NCBI RefSeq assembly: GCF_035084215.1
Contig: NW_027139359.1
Coordinates: 124,001-188,000 of the forward strand
Origin: Heptranchias perlo
Lineage: Eukaryota
Direction: 5' to 3'
Length of the DNA stretch: 64,000 bases
Position 1 is the first letter of the stretch; each line of letters begins with the position of its first letter. Positions 52,496 through 64,000 of this stretch are shown here, in pieces. The notes under the pieces are model-generated. The model was not told the DNA's origin, searched no databases, and worked only from the letters and a program-made list of their open reading frames with translations. Both the position numbers and the translations under genes were made by a program.

Positions 52496-52670
52496 GGGGC
52501 AATTTTAACCTCACCCACCCGTCGGGAATACGGCGAGCTGGGGTGTGACGTTGTTTTTACACCCCCCCTCCCCCAACCCCGATTGGATAATAATATTGGA
52601 CGGATGTAAATCCGGTGCTTCATTCGATCCCTGTGGTTTCTCGCCCGGCGAGTTCGGTTAAAAATACCCT
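52496..52670. mobile_element. Palindromic MITE
   Basis: ggggcaattttaacc / ggttaaaaataccc TIRs. Confidence 0.7.
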
Positions 52671-53957
52671 CATTGCTCTATCTGATAGTCAGGCAAATCC
52701 TGAGAAGGTAAACCTCCTCATCAATACACAGCAGCAAAATATGAATTACCTCAGGAGAGAGTGAAAGAGATACTGGTCCAGAATATTAAGATTTGTACCA
52801 TTTACATCAACGTTCGGCTGCAGTCCATAGAAGGAACATTGGGGCAGATTCATGACATTTTCACCTGGGTTTATGCATTATCTTCGCAGATTGCGGAGAG
52901 GAAGTTTGGAGGGACAGAATTGCGCCTGATTTTCTTTCTGTTCAAATGATTGCCCACCTTGATTACCGAGATCCCCAACCAAAACCTCTTCGGACTCATT
53001 AATATTGCAAGTGTACAAACAGCAGAAATATGCATATTGCAGCAGAGGACAGTGGTAAGAAATAGGAACAGGAGTGGGCTATACGGTCCCACGAGCCTGC
53101 TCTGCCATTCATAAGATCATGGCTGATCTTCTACCTCAATACCATTACCACCCGATCCCCATAGCCCTTGATTCCCTCAGTGTCCAAGAATCTGCCGATC
53201 TCAGTCGTCAATATATTCAACGACTGAGCATCCACAGACCTCTGGAGTAGAGATTTCCAAAGATTCCCAACAATTTGAGTCAAGAAAATTTTCCTCATCT
53301 CGGTCCTAATGGAAAATTTGGGAGGAGATTTGAAAGAAACATTCTCATGAGGGGTTTAGATAAAGTAAATATAAAGAAACTGTTCCCATTGGCGGAAGGG
53401 TCGAGAAACAGGACACAGATTTAAGGTGCATGGCAAAAGAACGAAATGCGACTTGAGGAAGAATTCTTTTATGCAGCGAGTAGTTGTGATCCGGAATGTT
53501 CTGCCTGAAAGGATGGTGGAAGTAGATTCATTCATGGCTTTCAAAAAGGAATTGGATTAATACTTGGAGGGAAAAAGTGCAGGGCTACGAGAAATGAGTG
53601 GGGGAATGTAACTAACTGGATTGCTGTTATAAAGAGCCAGCACAGGTCCGATGGGCCGATTGGCCTCATTCTGTGCTGTAACCAATCTATGATTTTATGA
53701 TTCTAAATGGACGACCACTTATCTTGAGACTATGACCCCTAGTTCTAGACTCTCCAGCCAAGGCAAACAGCCTCTCAGCATTTTCCTGTCAAGCCCTCGA
53801 GGAATTATATACGTTTCAATGAGATCACGTCACATTCTGGTAAACTCCAGAGAATATAAGCCAATTCTACTCAATCTCTCCTCACCTGACAACCCTCTCA
53901 TCCCAGGAATCGTACTAGTGAACCTACGTTGCACCCATTCTAAGGCAAGTATTTCCC

Positions 53958-54920
53958 TCCTTAAAGTGGCGCTTACATTTTGATTTTGTCACCGCTCGTA
54001 ATCCAGTGGAACCAGCTACTCGACTTGAGGACCCATCGGAGATAATTACTTGGACTGGGGCAGACCAAACAGGTGTGGACACATTCAGCTGGGATCTGCC
54101 CATAATGCTGTTTCCAACCAATCCTATGCTTGCATCTTATGTGTCACAGTGTTCACCTTCTAATTCCATCAGTATTCGAACTTTATTATTTTCTCTTCAG
54201 CTGAGGAGTGGTACTTTGGAAAGTTTACAACCACTGGATTTAAAATGTTTGGATTTTAATAACCATCAATGTTACAACAGTAACAAATGGAAGGGCAAGG
54301 AATGAAACCGCCATAGATTTTCCAACTACATCAGTTCTTGCACTGCTAATCAGGGGTTACTAAATATATCACAATGTGCGACACCAGAACATTGCTGTGC
54401 AGAAGTGAGCAGTAATGGCTTATGGAAAGAAATGTGAAGAGAGGGATTTGTGGTGACCACATTTTCTCCAATGAATTACATTGAAAGGGCTCGGAGGGAA
54501 AACATCCAACTTCCCCATTTTCTTATATATGTTTGAAAACTGTCGATCCAAAAATTGCTTAAATTTGAAACTGACTGATCCGAAGATTCTGTCTTCAGTG
54601 GAAGTACTTTAAACACACAAAGTTGTGTTTATGGCTCTTGATCTATGATGGTTGTGAAGTATGAGCTTACAATTAAATCGTTGAAATGCACTTTTTATTT
54701 TGCAGTGTTTTTTAATGTAGATAGTCTGAAGCCCACGATTAGGGAGTACTGCAAATTCACATACTTCTGTGCTCATTGAAGTTCCTATGTGTGTAACTTT
54801 TAACACATGCTGCACATTCACAGATAGTTTGCTGCTCTTGAGAATTCTACATTTTGTACTAAAGGTACATTTTATTCATTGTATAATAAAACATCAATAA
54901 ATCCTGTTAATCTAAAAAAA
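53958..54920 (+). pseudogene. RGP1: 5'-truncated retrocopy of the RGP1 (RAB6A GEF complex partner 1) mRNA 3' end: last ~73 codons + 3' UTR + poly(A) remnant
   Basis: SLKWRLHFDFVTARNPVEP...TWTGADQTGVDTFSWDLPIMLFPTNPMLASY...SNSISI matches the vertebrate RGP1 C-terminus as I recall it; CGA at the expected stop (54177-54179); AATAAA at 54885 and 54896; A7 at 54914-54920. Confidence 0.88.
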
Positions 54921-54982
54921 GGGCACAGTCACGATGGGACGAATGGCCTCCTTCTGTGCCGTAAATTTCTACGATTCTATGA
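54921..54982 (+). mobile_element. CR1 extreme 3' tail fused to the RGP1 retrocopy
   Basis: gggcacagtcacgatgggacgaatggcctccttctgtgccgtaaatttctacgattctatga; same tail type as 53640-53703. Confidence 0.85.
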
Positions 54983-57900
54983 TACTGTTCCTTCGGTAAG
55001 GAGACCAAAACTGTACACTGTACTCCAGGTGTGATCTCACCCGAGCTCCATATAATTGCAGCAAGCCCTCGTGACTCTTCTATTCCAACCTCTTTCCAAA
55101 TAAGGCGAACATACCATTTGCCTTCCTAATTGCTTGCTGTACCTACATGTTAAATTTCAGTGATTCATGTGCAAGGAGCCCCAAATCCCTCTGGCTTCCA
55201 ACATTTCTACGTCTCTCACCATTTAAAAAATATTTTGCTTTTCTATTCTTCCTGCCAAAGTGGATAATTTCACATTTCCCTACATTATACTCCACCTGCC
55301 ACCTTCGGGCCCACTGACTTAACCTGTCTATTTAACTTTGCAGCCTCTTGGCATCCTTCTGGCAGCTTACCTTTCCACCTAGCTTTGCCGTGAAAACGTT
55401 TTTATAGAATAGTTATGATCTGAATTCGATGCTTGAAAGGGTGGTGGAAGCAGATTCAACTGTGGCTTTCAAAATGGAAATGGACAAATACTTGAAGAGA
55501 AAAAATGCGGAAAGTGTGGGTAAATGGAACTAGCACGGGCTCGATGGCTAGCAAATCCTCTGGACCTGATGGCCTACATCCTAGGGTTTTAAAACAGGTG
55601 GATGCAGAGATATTGGATGCAAATTTGGGTACACTCTGTTCAATTTACACTCTGTCCCCTCATCTAAGTCATTGATATATATTAGAAACAGCTGAGGCCC
55701 AAATACTGATCCTTGCGGCACCCCACTAGTTACAACCTGCCAACCCAAAAATGACCCGTTTATTCCTACTCTCTGTTTTCTCTCCATGAACCAATCCTCA
55801 ATCCACGCTAATACATTATCCCCTAATACATGAGCCCTAATCTTGTGTAACAACTTCTTGTGTGGCATCTTATCGAATGCCTTTTGAAAATCTATACGTA
55901 CCTTATCCATTGGTTTCCCCTTGAGCTGCATCCTGAAAAAATTCTAATAGATTTGTCAAACACAATTTCCCTCTCATAAAACCGTGCTAACGTTGTCCAA
56001 TCATATTACGATTTTCTTAGTGTTCAGTTGCTACGTCCTTAATAATTATTAAATCCCTAATAAGAATCTAGCATTTTCCCTACTACTGATGGCAGGCGAA
56101 CTGGCCGAGAGTTCCCTGTTTTCTCTTTCTCTCCTTTCTTGAATAGCAGGGTTACATTTGCTACCTTCCAATCCATGGGGAATTCTGGAAGATCAAAACC
56201 AATGCATCAACTATCTCTGCAGCCACCTCTTTAAAACCCTAGGATGAATGTCATCAGGTCCAGGGGATTTGGCGGTTTCTAATATCATTAATTTCTCCAG
56301 TACTTTTTCTTTACTAATCTTAATTACTTCAAGTTCCTCACTCTCATTAGACGTTTAGTTCCCCACTATTTCCGGTATGTTTTTTCTGTCTTCTACCGTG
56401 AAGAGCGGTTCAAAATGTTTATTTAACATCTCTGCCATTTTCTTATTCCCCATTATAACTTCTCCTGTCTCTTCCTCGAAGGGATCAACGTTTACTTTCG
56501 CTAGACTCTTTCCTGTTTTCATACTTGTAGAATCTCTTACAATCTGTTTTATTATGTCTTGCTAGTTGACTCTCATATTCAATTTTCTCCCTCTTCATCA
56601 ATTTCTCGGTCATCCTTTGCTTATTCCTAAAACCCTCCCAACCCTGAGGCATCCTACTCTTTTTGGCAGCATTAAAAGCCTTTTTTAAAATCTTATACTA
56701 TCCTTAACTTCTTTGGTTGCCCATGGTTGAATGACTTTTCACTTGGAATTTTTAGAATTATGAATTATTTATTTAAATGTTTCCCATTGCTTATCTATCA
56801 TCACATCTTTTAATCTAATTTTCCATCTACCTTAGCCAACTCGCACCTTATACTTTCGTAATTTTGTTTAAATGTGAGACCCTAGTTTCAGACTTAACCG
56901 GGTCACTCACAAACTCAATGTGATATTCTATCATATTATGATCACTCTTCCCCAAAGGATCCTTAACTATAAAATTACGAATTAACCTTCTCTCATGACA
57001 CAATACTAGGTTCTCGGATGGGGCACACATGTCGACATGGCACATGGGCGCCGGGGGACGTTGATATCAGGTGGAGGAAATTGTGTGAATCGGCAGTGGC
57101 ACAAATGCAGCTCTAGGTCAATTTTCCTCTGCTTCACACAAGAAACAGATCACAAAGCAGTCATTAAAATGATGAATATACAGCCCCCTATCCCTGCATT
57201 AGAAATAACCTAATAATAATGCAGTACAACGTTTGAGAAGGTAATGTTAGGATTCACAATGTTATACTCCAGCTCGTGGTTTCCAAAAACAAATGAAAAC
57301 TTTGGCAATGAATGCATGTGCTTGTTCTTTCTAAGAAAACATGTAGATGATAAGAACACCAATTAGCCTGCTCTTGGCCGACACCAAGAATGTAAATTGA
57401 GACAAACTGCATCGTCATTCCCTGAATTTCTGTATATTAGCTTTAGTCGAAGCAAAATCATGGCCAACCTGCGCGCAATTTTCGGATATGTGCTTTCGCC
57501 TTGTGCCAGAATTGGATGTTTTGCATATTTAACATGACTTAGGATTACCATTGGTGATTTGCATCCAGCCACAACATAATAGTGAAACATTTCACTTTGT
57601 AATGTTCTGCAATTACAAACAGGTTGAATCATATATATTACAGCATAGTGGGAGATGAGGGAGAGACAGCTGCTCCAGGCATCGACAAAGGAGACTGTGG
57701 CAATGAAGCAGATATAGAACGTTTAGGCTAGATCGTCCAGTGATGAAGAATCTTTCTACTTATTCGACAAAGCAACATTAATACTAAAGAGAAATAGAAA
57801 TGTGCCCAAAGCATGATTTCCTGCCTTTTTGGCAGCGCTGTTAGTTATTTAAGTTCTTTTTGATTTGGCTTAAGGGAAGCCCTATCCGTGAGGTAAGTGT

Positions 57901-58949
57901 TAAAGGAAACACTATTTTTTTCTTACCCATTTGTCTTTAAAGATGCCATTACTAGTGTTTGACGTTGTTTTCGACGTGGTGAAATAAATATATTTATCCA
58001 ATTTCTGGATGGTTCGGTTTATCTCCCCACCCATCGGTGACTGTTTCTTTTCAGTATTCCATCAATGTCGATAAGTTATTGGAAATCTCACTGTATGTGA
58101 GGCGCTATGAAACTTCAGTAAACAAAAACAGATGACACAAGATGGCAAGCAAAAATGATCTAATCCAATAGCAACTCTTGTGGGAGTTTAGGAAAACGCA
58201 AAGCAAGTAAACAGAGAGTCCTGTGCAAGTTACGGTTAAATTGCTGATGAGTATTGGTTCAAATGTTCCTCAAACACATTGGCCTACAATTCCTGAACAT
58301 AAGAGGAGGATACAAGTTAGACAGAAGAGGGGTGGTGGAAATTTGGGGGTAATGCATTTTGCCGAGGGTCACCATTTCTAAATTTTACGTTATTAAATTT
58401 AAACTGCAGGAAACAGGGGCAATAAGCGCCAATCCATTCCTCATGCCGTCCCTGACACTGATTGTATGTAATTCTCCTTGATCAGCCGATTCACTTTATA
58501 TAGGCGAGCACATGGCACATACTGGGTCTGGCACTGGGAACGCCCAGAATGAGGTTAGTGGAAGAAATTACTTGAAATTGCATTGTGGGCAATGAAAAGG
58601 AAGTGACCAGTTAAAGATGTGTGGAAGATAAATTGGGAACGAAAAAGCTTTTATTCTGGTTGTGCATGAAAACAAGTCTTTGCGGGATCAAGAGAAGCAA
58701 AAAGGAAGAATGCTCCACTGAGTCACAAAGGAAAGGGTTCCCCTGCCATGGAATCCCCCCTTCCCTTCCGCAAGACCCTTCTGAAAGCTCTTCCGTGCTA
58801 CTTGCATGGAAACTGGCTGGTCGCCAAAATCCATCTGATCTTTGCCTGCCGTCATATGCTCTGCATTCCCTTCCTATCCAGAATGAGCGGCAAATGTCCC
58901 AGCAGCATTTGAATGTCGCCTAAGAGTTAAAATACCCGTGCTTGAAAGT

Positions 58950-60355
58950 TAGAACATAAGAACATAAGAGATAGGAGCATGAGTAGGCCATTTGGTCCTT
59001 CGAGCCTGCTCCGCCCTTCAATGAGATCATGGCTGATCTGATTCTGGTCTTAACGCACTTTCCCGCCTCTTCCCCATATCTCTTGACTCCCTTGCTGATC
59101 AAAAATCTGTCTAACTCAGCCTTGAATATATTCAATGACTCAGCCTCCACCGCTCTCTGGGGCAAAGACTTCCAAAGGTTCACAACCCCCTGAAAGAAGA
59201 AATTTCTCCTCATCTCCGTCTTAAATGGACGACTCCTTATTCTGAGTCTGTGCCCCCTAGTTCTCGATTCCTCTATGAGGGGAAACATCCTCTCAGTATT
59301 TAACATGTCAAGCCCCCTCAGAATCTTATATGTTTCAATAAGATCTCCTCTCATTCTTCTAAACTCCAGTCAGCCCAACCTGCTCAATCTTTCTTCATAA
59401 GAAAACCCTTCCACACCCGGAATCAACCGAGTGAACTTTCTCTGAACCGCCTCCAATGCTAGTATGTCCTTCCTTTAATAAGGGGACCAAAACTGTACGC
59501 AGTACTCTAGGTGTGGTCTCACCAGCACCCTGTACAGTTGTAGCAAGACTTCCCTGCTTTTATAATCCATTCCCCTTGAAATAAAGGCCAATATTCCATT
59601 TGCCTTCCCAATTACCTGCTGCACCTGTTTACCACCTTTTTGTGTTTCATATACGAGGACACCCAAATCTCTCTGTACTGGAGCATTTTGTAGTCTTTCT
59701 CCATTTATATAATATTTTGCTTTTTTATTCTTCCTACCAAAGTGGATGACTTCACATTTTCCCACATTATACTCCATCTGCCAAATGTTTGCCCACTCAC
59801 TTAACCTATCGATATCCCTTTGCAGTCACTTTGACTCCTATCTTTGTGTCATCAGCAAATGTGGCCACAGTCCACTCGCTTCCTTCATCCAAGTTATTGA
59901 TATAGATTGTAAATAGTTGAGCTCCCAGCACTGATCCCTGCGGCACCCCACTAGTTATAGATTGCCATCCTGAAAATGACCCCTTTATCCCGACTCTCTG
60001 TTTTCTGTTCGTTAGCCAACCTTCTATCCATGCTGATGTGTTACCCCAACACCATGAGCTCTTACCTTGTGTTGTAACCTTTTAGGTGGCTCCTTATAGA
60101 ATACCTTTTGGAAATCCAAATACACTACATCTACCTGTTCCCCTTTATCCACCCTGCTCGTTACTTCTTCAAATAACTCTGATAAATTTGTCAAACACGA
60201 TTTCCCTTTCATAAAAGCATGTTGACTCTCCATGATTATATTATGAGTCTCCAAATGTCCTCCTACGACTTCTTTAATAATCGATTCTAGCATTTTCTCA
60301 TTGACAGATGTTAGGCTAACTGGTCTATAGTTACTTGCTTTTTGTCTCCCCCCTG
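58950..60355 (-). mobile_element. CR1 LINE, 5'-truncated, relatively young
   Basis: SNYRPVSLTS, YLDFQK, RPHLEYCVQFWSP, MRGDLIETY; (aacataag)n tail at ~58952. Confidence 0.93.
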
Positions 60356-60779
60356 TTAAGTCAGTGAGTGCATTTGATACTTGCCTTGGCCCCAGTCTGC
60401 CTGCAACCACGGTCTGGGTTAAAATCCCTGTGTCTTCACTTGAAATAATATTAGTGACAATCGGTAATATTCATACAGACTGTATATTTCGTAATGATAA
60501 CTTTAATTATTAATTTCTGCGGTGGATCCTCAATCTACCGCTATAACTTTGGCAGAAGATCAGCGGTAAACCCAATCAAATGTCGGGAATGATCATTGAA
60601 TTTTTTAAAAGCCTGATGAAGTAAAAAAATACCTTGAGCATCCAATTTTAATGGTGCATTAGCATAGCTTTAGGATTCAAATGATTCTAACGGGCTTAGG
60701 GAACACAATAGTGGTCAGAGCAAACAATTACGTGTGCGCAAAACTCATAGGAAGGGGAGAATTAAAGTGGCTGGAAAAA

Positions 60780-61160
60780 CCGGGTGACAACAATTCTAAA
60801 TCCCTTCAGAGAGTCTCAACATACATCTCAAGAGACTGTCCAAAGCTTGGTCACCAGGATGCAGTCCAAGGAGGGTCCTAAACGAGGTGGAGCTGCGAAG
60901 AAGTTTACAAAAGGGAGTTCCAGAGAGTAGGAAGGGGGCAGTCCGAGGCACAACTGCTGTTATTGAGGTGAAGAGAGGGCGTTGCACCATGAGTGTAATC
61001 AGAGAAACAGGAGGGTATAAATTCATCTTGGGCGGTAAAGAATGGGTACTGTTACAGGTGTGTGATCTCTCTCCTGAGATTTTTCATTCTGCACGCCATC
61101 CAGACAATGGTAAAGGTTCAGATAGTAAAGATAGAAATCTATACTAAGGGCCTGTTTGAA
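60780..61160 (-). mobile_element. Degraded L2-like 3' fragment
   Basis: agggagttccagag and flanking purine-rich motifs resemble 25300-25400 and 43200-43300. Confidence 0.4.
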
Positions 61161-61407
61161 ACGAAAATCAGGCAACAGTAAAATGGGCAGCCCATTCGCA
61201 ACAATACATTTTTCACGCAAGGAAAATTGACCTCAGCGAGATGTAAATTTTCTCTTTGGCCTCGTGTGTGGTAAAGCGACGGGGCTGATAGCGCTCCCAA
61301 TGTCGAATCCTCATTTATTTCGATTGAAAATCTACCCCTAGTGCTTTGGGAAAGTAAAATAGTGGCCCAATGTGTCTTTAGTCAACTATGGAACAATCCT
61401 GTTCCCA

Positions 61408-62312
61408 TCAATGTTTCATTAAGTTAATAATTAAAGTGAAGGGACTTTTAACCGTATTCACTAACTCCTCTCTGAACTTGGTCTGAACCACTGCATAGAT
61501 AATGGTGTTGGTACACGAACTGAACCGCTGCAGCAGGTATCCTGTTTGTTACATGATAGTGAAAGGGTCGGTGTAATCTGTCTGCAAAAACTGCGAGTCT
61601 GCAATTTGTACACACATGTAATACATCAGAGTTAGCATCCACAACAGTACAAAATTGCCAGATATGGCGAGTAGAAAGATGATGGATTTTCTTCGATTCC
61701 TCATCTCTGGATCATTTTGATTCTCACCATTGTTGCCTTGTAATCCCTTTCGGATAATATTAGCTGCTAAAATATGCCTGATAGTCAAAGCATTGAGGAG
61801 CAAAATCAAAACGAATGGAGCAAATGGGGTTAAAATACTGTCTAACCAGAGATAGGCTATCCCGGCGGGAGAGGTATAAAAGCTTGACTGAGCTTTACAG
61901 AACCACCAGGTGCTGTCAATTACTTCCAGGGGTTCATACGTAAACCACATCGGAACATTTTCTAAAAAGCTCAGTCCACAAACTGTCACTATAACCGTAG
62001 CGGCGGTTTTATCTGTACAATATTTAGTTCTCAAATTCCGGCAACAAATGGCTACAAAACGATCAAAGGCAAAAGTCACGGTTAACCAGACGGAGCAATC
62101 AATGGCAAAATAAATCAGAGGGAGATTGATTCTGCAGACAGAAGTGTAGTTCAGGAATGAATATGGGAAATAAATATCTTTGATCCCATACAAGATTACA
62201 TCAAATATCATGACAAGCAGATCCGCTATTGCCATGGCAACCAGATAGCGAGTGATGCATTTGGAGAGACCGCACGTTCCCCGGGAAAGAATCACAATCG
62301 TCATTAAATTAG
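61408..62312 (-). pseudogene. GPR139-related GPCR copy 5 main exon (closest paralogue of gene 1) with one in-frame TAA before TM7; exon 1 probably beyond the window
   Basis: Acceptor ttttgtag| CT AAT TTA ATG; 905 nt like gene 1; TAA at 61551-61549 where paralogues encode Glu; the frame continues QTGYLLQRFSSCTNTIIYAV...LMKH-TGA. Confidence 0.9.
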
Positions 62313-63299
62313 CTACAAAAGAAAGAAAATGATGCGGAAATTACTCATTGTAGACAGGGGTAGGCCAGGTGGGGAAGACCCCAATAACTTTAATAACATT
62401 ATTAAACATTTCTTAATATTAAAGACACTTATACATATTAAAACTAAGAATCCGCAATATAAGCAGGTTCTAAGAGTTCATATGAGGCAAAATTAAAACT
62501 TGTGAACAAACATTACTGGACCACTAATCTACACGGACAGACATGGCATGTTCCAGGCACAGATCCAAGCAGTTAGGAGATGACCAGAAGACTGACTGGA
62601 TAAAAAAGACTAATAGAGAAGGTATGAGAAAAGATGAGATAGTAAGGTACAAACCGTAATAAACTAATGGTAGTCTCGTGAAGGTGCAATTAAGAGGATT
62701 ACATAATTTACAAATGATTTAATGGGTTAATATTTTATGTATATTCAAATATAACCAGAACGTTTTGATATGTTATCATTAGTTTAGCAAGACGTCACGA
62801 AAACTATACAACACACAAAAGCTTAAGCGGGGGTTGAACTTCGAGCTTCGACCAGTGTAAACACATCAGAACAAATCTTTCTGATGACTCCCCAGTTGGG
62901 TAATTTCCTGTACCAATAATCTCATGGTCACTGTAGGTAGTGGGTGGGTAATATGAATAAAAAGCAGTAAACTGGCGTCTCATTGTTTCCTAGTTTTCGA
63001 GCTTGTTTAAAGGGGTCTGGATACTGATTATCCTGTAAAAAAACTCAATTTATATTTAGCCTATTAGAGGGCAAAAACCTAAAAGGCATAAGAAAGGGTT
63101 GAGCAGTGTGTGTAAAATCACATCAACATGTATATTTCTGGTCCTGTCGCTTAACCCATGCTTTATCATTTGAATTATTTCAACCAAACAATAAACTGAT
63201 GTGGAATTGAGTGATTTTTTCCAGAGTCGAACAATTTATTTCCACTTAGTTCAAAAGCTGGTCACAACCAATTCAGGGAACACGGGTGAGAGAGGGGGA

Positions 63300-63475
63300 G
63301 GGATAATTCTAACGTTGGCCACCGTGTAAAACGGGCGATATCGGATCCACCCCCATTATACCCAACTTTCCTTTCCATTGACTTCACTGGGATGTAAAAT
63401 CAGGAGAGCTGTATAACCTGAGGCCGATCTGTTACCCTCCGGTCTGCACTATCACCTAAACTTCAAATAATTCCC
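63300..63475. mobile_element. Palindromic MITE
   Basis: gggataatt / aataattccc ends; central tttccattgacttcactgg. Confidence 0.6.
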
Positions 63476-63559
63476 GTGTTGTCGTGGATCAGCAGTGCGG
63501 ACAATGGGGTGAAATTCGACTTGGGCGGGAACTTCAATGGAACTAAATATCGGGTGAGG

Positions 63560-64000
63560 CAAGAATTTTTTGAGGAGGTAACAAGGAAGGTCGATGAGGA
63601 AAGTGCGTTTGATGTACTCCACGTAGATTTTAGCAAGGCTTTTGACAAGGTCCCACATGGCAAACTGGTCAAAAAAGTAAAAGCCCAGGGATCTAAGGGA
63701 AGGTGGCAAGTTGGATCCAAAATTGCCTTAGTGGCAGGAAGCAAAGGGTAATTGTCGATGTGTGTTTTTGTGACTGGAAGGCCGTTTCCAGTGGGGTTCC
63801 ACAATGCTCAGTACTCGGTCCGTTGCTTTTTGTGATATATATTAATGATTTAAACTTAAATGTAGGGGGCATGATTAAGAAGTTTGCAGATGATACAAAA
63901 GTTGGCCGTGTGGTTGATAGTGAGGAGGAAAGCTGCAGACTGCAGGAAGATTTCAATGGACTGGTCAGGTGGGCAGAAAAGTGGCAAAGGGAATGCAATC
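63560..64000 (+). mobile_element. CR1 RT fragment running off the window end
   Basis: EFFEEVT, DFSKAFDKVPH, SGVPQCSVLGP, KFADDTK. Confidence 0.9.

Larger units (their letters stand above)
53060..57010 (-). mobile_element. Fragmented minus-strand CR1 (pieces ~53060-53310, 53700-53960, 54985-55390, 55640-57010) split by later insertions
   Basis: Pieces are collinear (tail, RT C-terminus, [30 protein letters not shown]); plus-strand CR1 fragments nested at ~53310-53700 and ~55390-55620. Confidence 0.85.

Noticed and set aside
53958-54305. Last exon of a functional RGP1 gene
   Set aside because: No acceptor or upstream RGP1 exons are visible, it sits inside a LINE, the stop codon is altered, and it ends in an A-tract plus CR1 tail.

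Overview
Repeat-rich vertebrate genomic DNA, most likely from a cartilaginous fish (inferred from the esterase-type CR1 LINEs, L2 elements, Harbinger-type MITEs and receptor family; species cannot be determined). The host genes are a cluster of five paralogous class A GPCR main exons of the GPR139/GPR142-related type. Two complete two-exon genes of 324 aa each can be reconstructed: 12935-13004 + 15903-16807 (+) and 38461-38392 + 26712-25808 (-). Two copies each carry one lesion just before TM7 (19624-20538 +, 61408-62312 -), and one is decayed (51523-52390 -). Both recognisable promoters have the same homeodomain-site / Olf1-EBF-like site / TATA layout, which resembles olfactory receptor promoters. 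The paralogues differ mainly in extracellular, pocket-facing segments, so this may be a chemoreceptor family (inference). Two main exons have no detectable first exon of their own and may share one. The window also holds an RGP1 mRNA 3'-end retrocopy fused to a CR1 tail, a fossil two-ORF PIF/Harbinger transposon, many palindromic MITEs, a MITE-derived 90-bp tandem array and a 43-bp minisatellite split by a LINE. Most short ORFs in the track are retroelement fragments or noise. Repeat boundaries are approximate and all family assignments are by eye, not by database search.
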